In this document: positions 1 to 10,821 of the stretch, piece by piece
How positions within the stretch are numbered: the stretch's first letter is position 1
Layout of the letters: the number at the start of each line of letters is the position of its first letter
From: Sphyrna mokarran
Lineage: Eukaryota
Assembly (NCBI GenBank): GCA_024679065.1
Contig: JAGIQG010000020.1
Coordinates: 21,948,001-22,012,000, forward strand
DNA: 64,000 nt
Direction of reading: 5' to 3'
The notes under the pieces: model-generated
Seen by the model: only the letters and a program-made list of their open reading frames with translations
Told to the model about the DNA's origin: nothing
Databases searched by the model: none
Made by a program: the position numbers and the translations under genes

Positions 1-254
1 AAATCTCCAAGTATTGGAGTATGCTGTACATATATAGAGAAAAAAATACTTAGGAGGAGATTTATAAAGTGCTGATTGTTATTTTGACTGAGGTTCTTGT
101 AGACTGAAACTAGACAAATAAAGTGAACCAAAGCTAAGATGGTCCATGCCTTGCAGATATACTGTGATTAGCCTTGCCTTAATCAGAAAACTAATTGAAT
201 CAAAACTGTGCATATCTTTTTTTAAAGTGCCTATAATTGTCAACCATCATTCTA

Positions 255-652
255 TGGTAACATTCTAATATTGACTTTGGAAAACTGTGGATTGAAGTCC
301 CATTCCAGAAACTTGAGCATTGTCATCCAGGTATTTCTGAGAGACAGCTGCACTGTGGGAGGTGTACCTTTTCATTTGGGGTGTCAAACCAAGGTCATAT
401 TGTGTAAATTTAAAATTACCCATGTCCTGTGGCACTATCTGAGGTAGTGCAGTGGTATTCTTCCAGTGACCTGGCCGAAATTTATCCCTCAACCAATATC
501 AGATTATTTTGCCGCTATCTCATTAATGTGTCTGTGGAATTCTGCCCTGCACAAATTTGTTGTTGCCAGCGTTTCCTACATTACAATAGTGACTACATTT
601 GGCACACCCCAAGGCCGTAGGAGGCAGTATATTAATGCAAGGTTCTTCTTTA
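255..652 (+). mobile_element. SacSINE1-like DeuSINE (decayed)
   Basis: Deu-domain-like core (cctgtggcactatctgagg...ctggccgaaatttatccctcaaccaatatc) and L2-type tail (aggcagtatattaatgcaaggttcttcttt). Confidence 0.7.
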
Positions 653-699
653 TATAGAACAGAACCCACGCGTGGCAGTCAAAGTAGTTTTGGAAGGAA

Positions 700-1800
700 G
701 ACGATCTGATTTAACTGCAATTTATTATAGAACTCAACTTACTAGGGAAAAACTACATGATATATACCTTGACTTCCAAAAGATCTTTTATAAAATGTTA
801 CCATGTGACTCCTTTGCAAGCTAGGTGAGCATGTATTGAGGTTTTCAGTTAATGTGCATTCATAACTTTCAAAGGGAAGCAAGTTGCAAAGTTAAAGGGT
901 CCAGTGTGGAAAATATACTAAAAAGAAAAGATAACTCCAGAGCTGACACATTAAAATGAATGATATCTCCTTGCAAGCTGGTCAATTTGCAGATCATGGA
1001 AAGTTTGATATCGTTGTGGGGATGTTGGCGGTTGAATGTGCATGAGGGGGCAACTGAGATTTTGTAATAGGATTGCAATTGGTTGGGTCAGAACCAGAAG
1101 TTAAAAATGGGCAAATGTAAAACAGTTTTATGTGTATCAGTACTTGCTATTGAACAACGTGTGGAAATCAAGTCTGACTCATTTATTCTCTAACGGACAA
1201 TGCGGAGCCTGCCAGGGAGGAAGCTGAGACACTTAGTGGAGTTGATGGGCATGTTGGCTCCTCATTGCCAGTCAGTGCAAAAGAGCAAATAGAATGCTAG
1301 GTTATGTTGCCAAATTTGTTGAGCTCCAGTTTCTAATGATCATGCTGCAAGTGCACTACACTGTGAGCAAGATACACCAGGAGTGCTGCAGATACCTCTG
1401 TCCCCTGACATTATTAGAGGGCTACCTAAACCCGAAAGGCAACACAATGGAGAGTAAAGAAGATAATTGGTAATGTACAAAAACAAAGTCAGGTGAGTAA
1501 TTTTAATAAGCTGAGCCCTTCAGCCTCAAGAAGTGCCATCTTGCCTTTTAGAGACCTACAAGATATCTCATGCTAAGTGAAACCAAGCCAGAAACAGTGC
1601 TTTCAGATGTGCCGAAGCAGCAGTGGAAGAGACATGTGTTCAAGGTTGTGACTGGCAATTTTGAGCTGATTTCAGGAAGTGTTTCTGTACACAAAGCTGA
1701 AATGGATTGCCGGAAAAGATGACTGATGTCAAGACATTGGGTTTGTTTAAGAAACAGGAACTGAAACAAATGACATTTTATGGGATTTGCTTCCAAAACT
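700..1800 (+). mobile_element. Very old CR1-type LINE RT remnant
   Basis: gatatataccttgacttccaaaagatcttttataaa resembles DVIYLDFQKAFDK. Downstream patches resemble the CR1 ORF2 C-terminus; no open frame. Confidence 0.45.
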
Positions 1801-1957
1801 ACGTTGACTGCCATGCGTGGGTTCTGTTCTATATAAAGAAGAACCTTGCATTAATATACTGCCTCCCACAGTCTTGGGATGTGGATAAGCCGTAATTTTC
1901 CCCTGCTAAATATTGGGAAGTTATTGACTCTCTGTGACCTTCAATCCCAGTAAAACC

Positions 1958-2218
1958 AAAAAGTAAAAGTAAAGTTTATTTATTAGTCATAAGTAAGGCT
2001 TACATTAACAGTGCAAAGAAGTTACTATGAAATTCCCTTCGTTGCCATACTTTGGCGCCTGTTCTGATCAATAGACCTAACCAGCATGTTTTTCAGACTG
2101 TGCAAGGAAACTGGAGCACCCGGAGGAAACGTGTGCAAACTCCACGTACAGACAGTGACCCAAGCCTGGAATCGAACCTGGTGAAGCAGCAGTTCTAACC
2201 GCTGTGCCACCGTGCCGC
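1958..2218 (-). mobile_element. V-SINE, tail type B (Rex1-like tail)
   Basis: On the minus strand: tRNA-like head (gcggcacggtggcacagcggttagaactgctgc), V-domain (ttcctccgggtgctccagtttcct) and tail ...gtaacttctttgcactgttaatgtaagccttacttatgactaataaataaacttt. Confidence 0.85.
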
Positions 2219-2284
2219 TTCACCAGCGACTCAGTCCTTCTCCTTATTCACTGTCTCAAGTCAAATCATATTACTTATAGATTG

Positions 2285-3760
2285 AAAATCAGAATACTGT
2301 GGTTGCTGGAATTGGAAATAAAAATAGAAAAATGCTGACCAGACAATAGCTGTAGAGCGAGAAATACAGTTAATGTTTCAGATCTGTGACCTTTCATCAG
2401 AATTAGAAAAAGTCAGGAATGTAATAGATTTTGAACAAGGACCAGAGTGGGATAAGGACTAAATGATGCTCTGTGATTGGGTTTAATTACAGGGTAGATA
2501 GAGTGGCAGGTCTTGCAGAATCAAAGGGAGATGAGGCAAGAAAAGAAACAAAAAATTGGTCTAAAGCAGGTGTGCTGCTGTCTGATAGCAAAACCGGAAC
2601 GTACAAAGAAAGGATTATGTTTTGAAATTGTTGAACTCAATGTTGAGACTGGAAAGTGTCTAATTGAAAGTGAGGTGCTGTTCCTCAAGTTCATGGTGAG
2701 TTTCACTGGAAGAGTGTGGTGGACAAAGGACAACATATCTGTTCTTGGCATTTCTTTTGTCTCTTTTTACTCTATCACAATTCCCCATACTTCAGTCATT
2801 CCCTTCTTTCAGCCTTACACAGACTTTGCTTTTATCCTTGTCTCACGCACCCCTCAAGCAAAACCTATTGGGGCTGGGATTCTCCCCCCAAAAAAGTAAG
2901 TATCCAAAGGGAAGGAAAACAGGAGATTTTTCCCAACTGGTTTTAGGCGTAATATACCTGAAGGAATCTCTGACACTCTGTACCGAAAAGTGTGAGGGAG
3001 GGGAGCTCATCCCACCGGAGTGGCTGGCATTAGTATATTGAGTTGTCCTCTGCACATGCATTGATCTGTCAGTAGGGAAATGGACACATGCGAACTGGCC
3101 CCCTTCTCGTGGTCAATACTGACCTACCAAGCCCCTCCCCGCTATCCCTAATGGCCAGCCCTGATCATCCCCTCATTCCCTCCCCTACTGATTCCATTGC
3201 AGAGTGGTAACAGGTTATCCCTACGCCCTAGTAGGCCCCATCCACTTGACAGTGCCTGGTGGACAGTGCCAGGTTGGCACTGCCTAAGGGGCAGTCCCCC
3301 TTCTCCTGACTCCCTGGTGGAGGGGAGGGGAGCTTAATGGCCTCTGTTTCCATCAGTGGGGTGAACACACCTGCACCTCTCAGTGGGAAGCAGTTGTAAA
3401 CCCTACTGGTGGGAACCTCTCCTGGCGTAAGGGCAGACATTATTGAGCCCAGAGACTACGATCCCGTACCTGCTAATCATACTGAAATAGCGATTTCAAT
3501 ATGCTAATCAACCCCACGCTGATTTCTGGTGCAGAGCCTATTAGCAAAAAAAAAGGGGCTGGGAGACTCTCTATCAATTGGACATAAGTCACGAGTCCTG
3601 CTAAACACTCCCGACCCTCAGGGCTACTTGGCAGTGCGCTGGATGAATCCCAGCCCAAATCTCAAATCTTCCCAGTTCTGATGAAAGGTCACAGACCTGA
3701 ATCTTGCTATTTTCTCCATGGATGCAACCTACTCTGCATCCAGCATTTTCTGTTTCTTTT
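2285..3760 (-). mobile_element. Penelope-like element 3' end with inverted terminal (pLTR) copies, interrupted by a MITE
   Basis: The minus strand near 2620-2690 translates LEEQHLTFN*TLSSLNIEFNNFK, matching the Penelope GIY-YIG C-terminus. The terminal repeat occurs at 2285-2404 (-) and again inverted at 3674-3760 (+), each with CTGATGA-A-AGGTC-ACA-GA(C/T)CT-GAA. Confidence 0.75.
2871..3656. mobile_element. Non-autonomous PIF/Harbinger-type DNA element (MITE)
   Basis: 12-bp terminal inverted repeats gggctgggattc (2871-2882) / gaatcccagccc (3645-3656). Shares its left end and gaatctctgacactctgt with the copy at 61960. TSD not resolved. Confidence 0.7.
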
Positions 3761-3859
3761 TGCGCTGTTTCTGACACTTTATACACCTGATCATAACGAA
3801 TATCTGCTCCTGCTAACGCTCTAACACTTTATCTGCTTGCATTAACTTTTTATAACAAA

Positions 3860-3936
3860 ACCCCCCTACCCCCCCCCAACCCCCACTCCCTCCACCACTT
3901 CCCCACTCCCCCCGCCACTTCCCCGCTCCCACTCCC
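3860..3936. repeat. C-rich short tandem repeat (~20-bp units)
   Basis: ccccactccctccaccactt / ccccactcccccgccactt / ccccgctcccactccc. Confidence 0.6.
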
Positions 3937-4039
3937 TACACAAGGCCATCTGTAGCTTATTTTTGTATTTTGCTTTCACAGAACACTGACTCTTTTCTTG
4001 CTCTGCTGTCTGACCTTGATGCCACAGAAATTAAAGACT

Positions 4040-5065
4040 TATTTAGCCTTTAACACTCCCTTTGTCTTGTGCCCGTGACATTTTTGTCGAAGCACTTCTG
4101 AGCTCCGGTCTGTCCCAGACCTTTAGTTTTACTCCAACCCCCTTCAAACAGCGTAAAATCCATCATATTTCTACCCCTCTTTAGTTCTGAAGAAGGATCA
4201 TATGTAGTCAAAAGATAAACTGTTTCTCCCTCCATAATGCTATCAGACCGACTGCATTTTTTTTTAGAGCAACACAGCACGGGAAACAGGCCCTTTGGCC
4301 CAACGAGCCCGTGCCACCGTCATAACTATATAGTAGCAATTCCATTATCATAATATAAAATTAGGTTATTCCTAATATGGAAGACTCTCACTATAGGGAC
4401 AATTTGTTTCCCAATCAGCCTAAGAGCGAATTTTTGGGTTGTGGGAGGAAACCGGAGCGCCCGGAGAAAACCCACGCAACCACGGGGAGAACGCGCAAAC
4501 TCCCGCAGACACCGGCCCAATTCCAAGTGTCTGCACAGCCACATCGATAGTCTCTGAGCTGTCATGGTGCCCTTCAGATAGTCCACATAAAGCACTCATT
4601 TATGACATGAAGTACCAGGCAACCCATGAATCAACATCCAAGAGCTGTCCTCGCACCACCTGCCGAATGCATGCTCATTGTTGGTCAAGTATGGACCAAA
4701 TTACCTGTGGGGAAAAAAAAGCCGTAGTTAAACAGTCCTACTATATCCCTCTATCTGCATACCGCTCATGTGGCTGTCCAAGAGACCCTTAAACAGCCCT
4801 AGCGTGCCTGCTCCCACCACCTTACTCGGCAGTGCATTCCACACCCCCACTACCCTTTGTGTGAAAAACTGCCCTCTAATATTCGTCTTATACATAGCCC
4901 CCCTCACCCTAAGGCCATGACCCCTCATCCTATCCATTTCTGAAAGTGGAAAAAGTTTACCTCCATTTACTCTATCTATACCCCTTATAATCTTATACAC
5001 CTCTATGAAATGAAATAGAAATTTCTATTTTTATTTCAGATTTCTGGTATCCAAGGTACTTTGTT
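4040..5065 (+). mobile_element. Penelope-like terminal repeat remnant split by a CR1 insertion
   Basis: agttctgaagaaggatcata...aactgtttctccctccataatgct at 4183-4245 resumes after the CR1 as tttctatttttatttcagatttctggtatccaaggtactttg at ~5020-5065. Confidence 0.55.
4257..5006 (-). mobile_element. 5'-truncated CR1 LINE with a V-domain-containing 3' UTR
   Basis: ORF 4728-5000 is the CR1 ORF2 C-terminus (YKIIRGIDRV...GHGLRV...FFTQRVVGVWNALP). It is followed by a ~470-nt 3' UTR containing a V-domain at ~4410-4513, then the CR1 terminal motif ggcacgggctcgttgggccaaagggcctgtttcccgtgctgt and an A run. Confidence 0.85.
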
Positions 5066-7596
5066 TATATTTAACTTTATGTTTACTATTCCTGAACGAT
5101 TGTGTGAAATGTTGACCAGTTTTCTGCTAATATGGTCCATTGATTACATCCACCTTACGCAACGAATTTTCAGAAGAAAGAATTAACTTAACCTGTAGCA
5201 TAAAATAAAAGTTGATTTTCATTTTGCTGCAGGAACAGGCAGTGTTCAGTTAACGCTCCGAGTGAGCATTGCTTAGGTTTAAGTACTGTTCGTGAATGAA
5301 AAGGAGTAATGTATTCCTGAGCCACAGAAATATGGGTCAGAGGTTAGTTCCTTCTGTGGCTGGTAGTCCAATCTGCCAAGATATACGGGGAGGGTTTTGT
5401 AAATTTTAACAAGGCTGCAAAATGGACTTTTTACTGCCCGGGAAATTTCACCATTGCTAAAAATGGTGCCTCCCACATGACAAAGCTGAGCCCCGAACTG
5501 ACAGCTTGTCGAAGAATCCAGGTCCAGTTAATCCAAATGGAGAGGTGGTAGGAGTGGTTAAAATGTAGGGAGTGAGGGACCTAAATGGAACAAAATGAAA
5601 TATATATATTTTTATATACATCAGTTACGATTGCTTTACTGAATAACTCAGACATAAGCCAGGCCCCTTCAAAGCTGCAAGATGAATCAACTGGTACATG
5701 GGCTAAATCTCCTAAAAACTCATTTCGTTTTCTGCTGTTAACTTTAATCACCTTCTGTCATGGCTGATCTCCACCTCCTAGTAATAGGTTGGTCCCTATA
5801 AATTCAAAGTAGTAAATTACGCTACTAAATCAATGCTTTTTTTTTCAGAACTTGAATGATTTATGATATCACTTGACAATGTTCTATGATTAAATGAATG
5901 CAAAGCAGCTAAAAGTACTGGAACGTTGCTTTATGTGATTTTTGGGAGGCAAATTAAATTAATCATATAGACCATTTGGAGTGTGTTGTTTTGAGTTGCT
6001 GTACTGAAACATTGGCCTTTCCAGCTTATGTGAGCTAGTGAATTCCTTTGTGGGGTAATTAATGTATTTTCAATACATTGATAAATTGTTGTTTCTGTGG
6101 CATGCTTACATTTGTTTTTATAATTTGCGCTAATCATGTTTGCAATCGTTTTCTTACTCCGGAGAAATAATAGTTTCCCCGGGGATGATGGAATAAAAAA
6201 AAACTACTGTGTGACATTTTATTTTCCTTATTAGGGACTGGGTGTCCAAGCATTGCAGTGGTTACGGTATATATGTATTGGGAAAATTAATTTATCTTTT
6301 ACGGTTGTGGCATGCAAAACGTAATTTATCTGAAGGCACATTGAAAGCTGAAGTCATTTTTTTGACTAAGATTTGATCATTTTGATCTTCCTGACAATTG
6401 ATGTCTACTATTATGCTGGTTTTTGCAATTGGCTGCACAGTATTTCGGAAAGCTATCTGGAGTTCAGCAAGATTAATTAAGTAAATTCAACAGAGATGTA
6501 ACAATAGATGTGCTGCCAATAGCGGCTGTTCTACACATTGTGTTGCTGCATCAACCCCGGGCGTCATTGTACAATCCAAATGAGACCTCCATAGCACAAG
6601 GCTGATGGAAGACTCCTCAGTCCCATTTCCATCAGAAAATAAATTGTGCCTTATTAAAATGTGATACATTCTCTGTCAATCCAAATATTTGAATAGTTGT
6701 GTCATGGTGGAAACTAATAGCCAGGCCAAATCAGACCATAGCTGGTTATTTATTTGCTCAACTTTACCTTGTGGTGGGTAGCAGAGCATTTGATTTGTTC
6801 TTGCAGTGATGGATAGTTCAACAGTTTTCTTGATTACAGCATCCTTCGATCTTCCTCCCTTCCACAATAAGATTTAAAAGTGTGAAGGACAGAATGCACA
6901 TAAAACCTAAATTGTAATATGCTAAAAATATTGTACTTGTTTGGCTGAACAGAGTGGGAATTAATAAATTCTGACTCATAATAAATAACATGTTTGAAGT
7001 CTTACTCCCAAAAGGTATACAAACGCAGGAAACCTGACTAACTGATCACTGCATGTATAGTCAATTCATTTATATGGTCACCATAGACTATTACCTACAA
7101 CATGTTTGAGCATGTTTATTTCCTCAAAACAAGAATTTAATTTCCAACAGCCGTTTCTCCTCTTTAATTTCCAGTTTGCAGACATTATTGTGCCCGTTAT
7201 AAATGTTTCTACTGAGGGTAACGACTACATTGCTTCACCTTTTTTCAGTAAACTGTATTGCTGCAAAATTTATAACGTCTTGCATGTAACCTTGAGATGG
7301 AAAATATATTTTATTTACCCTCTCATGGAGCCCATCAGCTTGCCTCATAAAATGTGTGGAAGGGGGAGAATGGTGATTAGGGCATAGTTACTGCAGTTGG
7401 ATACCACTGAGTGGTGCTATTGTGCACATAGTAGTGGGGTGTGCTTTCTCAGTTTGAGTGTTGAAAATGCTCCCTATTGTGGCTGATGTAATGAAAAAGG
7501 GCAAGTGACGATTGCATTCATTACCAAGTTAAACTTTCGCTTCCTCGCCATTTGCTATAAAGATGAAATCCATTAAGTAATATCTTTACTTAAATA

Positions 7597-7736
7597 AATG
7601 CAAAATACTGCGGATGCTATAATCAGAAACAAAAAAGAAAATGCTGGAAAATCTCAGCAGGTCTGACGGTATCTGATGAGAGAGAATAAAGCTAATGTTT
7701 CAAATCAGGATGACCCTTCGTCAGAGTTTTGTCAGA
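7597..7736 (-). mobile_element. Penelope-like terminal repeat fragment
   Basis: gcaaaatactgcggatgct...aatgctggaaaatctcagcaggtctga...gacccttcgtcagag. The minus strand carries a CTGACGA...GAAA hammerhead-like core at 7690-7728. Confidence 0.7.
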
Positions 7737-8047
7737 GACACTTAAACAGAAGTTTTGAAGGAAGGAATGTTGACATAGATCTGTTCAAAGACAAAGTCTA
7801 TCCACTGAGTTACTTTGTGTGTCTTTGCTAAATGTTTTATCTCCCGTTGCTTCTCCTTTGCTAACAGTGTCAAAACAGGTTTGGGCTGTCATTCCAGAGG
7901 TAGGGGATTTTCCACGAGGAATCGTACAAAGCCTTAATGTATCTCAATAATAAGAATTGTTGAGCACTTCAACTGTGGAAACTACTGGGACCTACCTAAT
8001 GCTGTTCACACTCAACAAATCTAATAAAGGGCACTGGGCTGTTAATC

Positions 8048-8515
8048 CCTGACTCTGTGAGGCAGCAGTACTAACTATTGTGCCACCATGCTATCCACTT
8101 GCCTTCCCCTTCTGGGGAAGAGTTCCAAATAATCATAACTCTCAGAGAAAAATATTCTTCTCATCTCTGGCTTAAATGGGAGACCCTTTAATATTAAACT
8201 GCGTTCCTTAGTTCTAGACTCTCCCTCAAGGGGAAACATCCTTTCAGTATCCACCCTGTCAGGTCCCCTCAGTAAGATCACCTTTCCATCTTCTAAATCC
8301 AAATGCATAGAGGCCCAGTCAGCCCAACCTTTCCTCATAAAATAATCCCCCGTCCCCACTGCCAATCCCAGGTATCAATGGAGTGACTCTTCAAAGAACT
8401 ACTTAACTTACACAGTACCCCACACAACTGTAACAAACTATCCCAACTTTTATATTCCATTGCCCTTGTAATAAAAAGCAATACTCCTTTTGCATTCCTG
8501 TTTGCTTGTTTGTAT
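8048..8515 (-). mobile_element. SINE head fragment abutting a CR1 3' ORF2 fragment
   Basis: V-SINE head at 8048-8096. ORF 8075-8365 reads DRVDTERMFPLEGESRT...MRRIFFSE (CR1 C-terminus). Confidence 0.7.
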
Positions 8516-8644
8516 GAAAGGACTTTTTGTCCATTGCTCAATCCCCATCTGAATAAGCGTGATTTGAGTTATTACAACTGTCATAATCCTCAGAGGGGCA
8601 AAGCTGAAAATAAAATAAAATCATTATCTTCCCAATTCCTGCAG

Positions 8645-8758
8645 GTGGCACAGATATCATTTCATGTTTCATGGGCCAGAACTTCACCATCCCAGTCTAC
8701 AGAGGAGAGATACAAGCAAGGAACCTGGGAATGGCTGTTGAAATTTGGAATGAAGAAA
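8645..8758 (+). CDS. AACS: Acetoacetyl-CoA synthetase, internal exon (114 nt; likely exon 13 by mammalian numbering)
   Basis: ttcctgcag| acceptor and |gtgagt donor. Translates (G)[37 protein letters not shown], phase 1-1. Not annotated in this frame by the ORF track. Confidence 0.95.
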
Positions 8759-8793
8759 GTGAGTGCAATAACTTTATCATCTGTATCAACTTC

Positions 8794-8989
8794 TCATAGA
8801 AATCATAGAAACCCTACAGTGCAGAAAGAGGCTATTTGGCCCATCAAATCTGCACTGACAACAATCCCAGGCCCTACCCCCATATCCCTACGTATTTACC
8901 GGCTAATCCCGCTAACCTATGCATCTCAGGACATTAAAAGGCAGTTTTAGCATGGCCTAAAATCAACCTAACCCACATATCTTTGGACT
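8794..8989 (-). mobile_element. HE1-type V-SINE 3' part (CR1 tail, type A)
   Basis: tcatagaaatcatagaaaccctacagtgcagaaagaggctatttggcccatc...acctaacccacatatctttggact. Confidence 0.85.
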
Positions 8990-9150
8990 TTTGTTCCCAT
9001 TGTCTTTTTCTTTTGTGTTGATACCATGTATGCACACAATTATTGGTTAAGATGGTGAAGGAGCTGAGGCAAGGACCTGGCTTAGCAGTTCTTGTCATGG
9101 CAGATACAGTGGGGCCATTCAAACTTCTATTCACTTCAGTGAGACCAGAA

Positions 9151-9262
9151 GATCTTATTATCTTCTTCGTTTTTTTTATTAACATGTAAGTTAAGATGTA
9201 TACCTCTCCCAGGTGAACAGATCACTCATTAGCTGTGGGAGTGTTATTTGATCTATACTAAT
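9151..9262. repeat. ~110-bp segment duplicated at 11587-11695
   Basis: gatcttattatc...ttattaacatgtaa(g/a)ttaagatgta(t/c)acctctccc...gtgaaca(g/a)atcactcattagctgtggg...tgttatttgatctatac occurs twice in direct orientation. Confidence 0.9.
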
Positions 9263-9445
9263 AGAAATCAGGCAAGAAATCAAGTGGGATAGCATTCCAG
9301 TCAGCAATAACTGTAACTAGAATGCATGTCTCCTGAACTTGAGATTGATGGTTTGTAGAAAGATTTGAAGATGTCTTCAATGTTTTGTACTAAAATGTAT
9401 CCTTTAGTAATATTGGCTTTATAGAGAAGTATGTGTTGAGCCACA

Positions 9446-9830
9446 GTGTTAGCCATGACTCAATGAGTAGAACTCTTGTCTCTGAGTCACAAGGATTCAA
9501 GTTCAAATCCCACTACAGAAATCAAGGCTGACAATCCAGTGCAGTACCTATGAAGTGCTGCACTGTCAGAGGATACTTTACCCCACTGCTGACATAATGC
9601 TTCTCCATGCAGTGCTCATTTCTAGACCCAAGTTCATTCTGGATTTCCAACTTCTAAATAGTCCAAAATTCTGCCAGGTGAACCCTAATCTGCCTACCGC
9701 ATCACTCCTCGCTGATCTATATTGGTTCACCATCTTGCAATAGATTGAATTAAATTCCTCAGCCTGGTCTACAAATACCTCCATTGTTTTTGCTGCCACG
9801 TAGATTTTTAACTATCCCCAGCTCCGAATC
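9446..9830 (+). mobile_element. SacSINE1-like head followed by an L2 LINE ORF2 C-terminal remnant
   Basis: Head gtgttagccatgactca...aggctgacaatccagtgcagtac...gtgctgcactgtcagagg. The following sequence resembles the L2 motif LQIVQNSA...LADLYW...L.LVYK. Confidence 0.6.
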
Positions 9831-9869
9831 CTCTCTCTCTCTCTCTCTCTCTCTGTTTCCCTATGGAAG

Positions 9870-10400
9870 GCCTGAAGTGTATCTTTTCCCACTTTGCTCC
9901 ACAAGCAAAAATGAGCAATCAGCTACTTAAGCTCCATCCTCGGGAGCTTCTTCTCCAGACCTCCCTGCATCTCAATCTTTCTGCTTACCTTTACAATCCT
10001 TCCCAATACACAGCCATCCCACAAAGGCTCATTGTTCCTTTTTTTTTGCTGCTTGATACCTGGATTTTTCAGTAGACTAACCAGGCCATTACTCCTTCCA
10101 AAAATACTCTCAACAATTATTCTTCCTTTTTCACAAAGGGACTTTGCAACCTTATTAATGAAGTGCACTTTCTGTCACAGCCATGCAAATTTCTTCTCCC
10201 CAGTCTTGAATTTAGAAGTTAAGTTTGCACCAAACTTGACCCAATCGAGTCTGATAATGTTCTTCTCCCAGTTCAAGCTGGTAGCTTTCTCTCCTGTGAC
10301 GAAGATGATAATCATGTTGCCCTTCTCCCTGCCCCCAACCACTGCCACCATCACCATCACCACCTATGTTGGCTTTTTCTTTTTGTCCCCCTCTTAATTC
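9870..10400 (+). mobile_element. Possible decayed Penelope-like RT remnant
   Basis: tacacagccatccca (YTAIP) resembles the PLE RT motif LYTSIP in pyrimidine-rich sequence; no intact frame. Confidence 0.3.
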
Positions 10401-10695
10401 TAGAACATTCCCCTCATCTTCCACTTCTTTCACTCACCAGCATCTGGCCCCGCCCCCACCCCCACCCCCACCCCCACCCCCTCGCACCAAACCCCAACAT
10501 TGGACCTGACTTGTACAACTTGTCGCCAGTTTCTTTTTTAGCTCTTAGATGCTCCCAAAAGTGAGAATTCCAACTATCTGTCTTCCCCTTTTATAGTTGA
10601 AAGTAATGGATTTTTGTGTACAGTCTTGAGCGATATAAGAAGGTTCCCACAAACAGAATAATATTGGACTATGTTTTCTTTTCCTTCATTCGTAG

Positions 10696-10821
10696 GGCAA
10701 GGTCTATGGGGAGAAAGTGGAGAGCTGGTGTGCACCAAACCCATTCCGTGTCAGCCCACACATTTCTGGAATGATGAAAGTGGCAGCAAATATCACAAGG
10801 CGTACTTTGCTAAATTCCCAG
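10696..10821 (+). CDS. AACS: Acetoacetyl-CoA synthetase, internal exon (126 nt; likely exon 14)
   Basis: ttcgtag| acceptor and |gtatga donor. Translates (R)[41 protein letters not shown](G). Confidence 0.96.

Noticed and set aside
4183-4221. Hammerhead-like CTGAAGA core (similarly 24514-24552 and 18500-18515)
   Set aside because: Stem II and/or GAAA are destroyed or deleted, so these are counted only as TE remnants.
4387-4398. ctcactataggg matches the 3' part of the T7 promoter
   Set aside because: It is only 12 nt, lacks the upstream TAATACGA, has no vector context, and is the reverse strand of the normal V-SINE-like aaattgtccctatagtg segment.
1-8644. Search for the preceding AACS exon (…LSTGSPL…LGSIS)
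   Set aside because: I could not find it by eye; it presumably lies upstream of the window, so no feature is called.
10447-10480. (CCCCA)n tract able to form a G-quadruplex on the template strand
   Set aside because: This is common low-complexity sequence with no further evidence of function.
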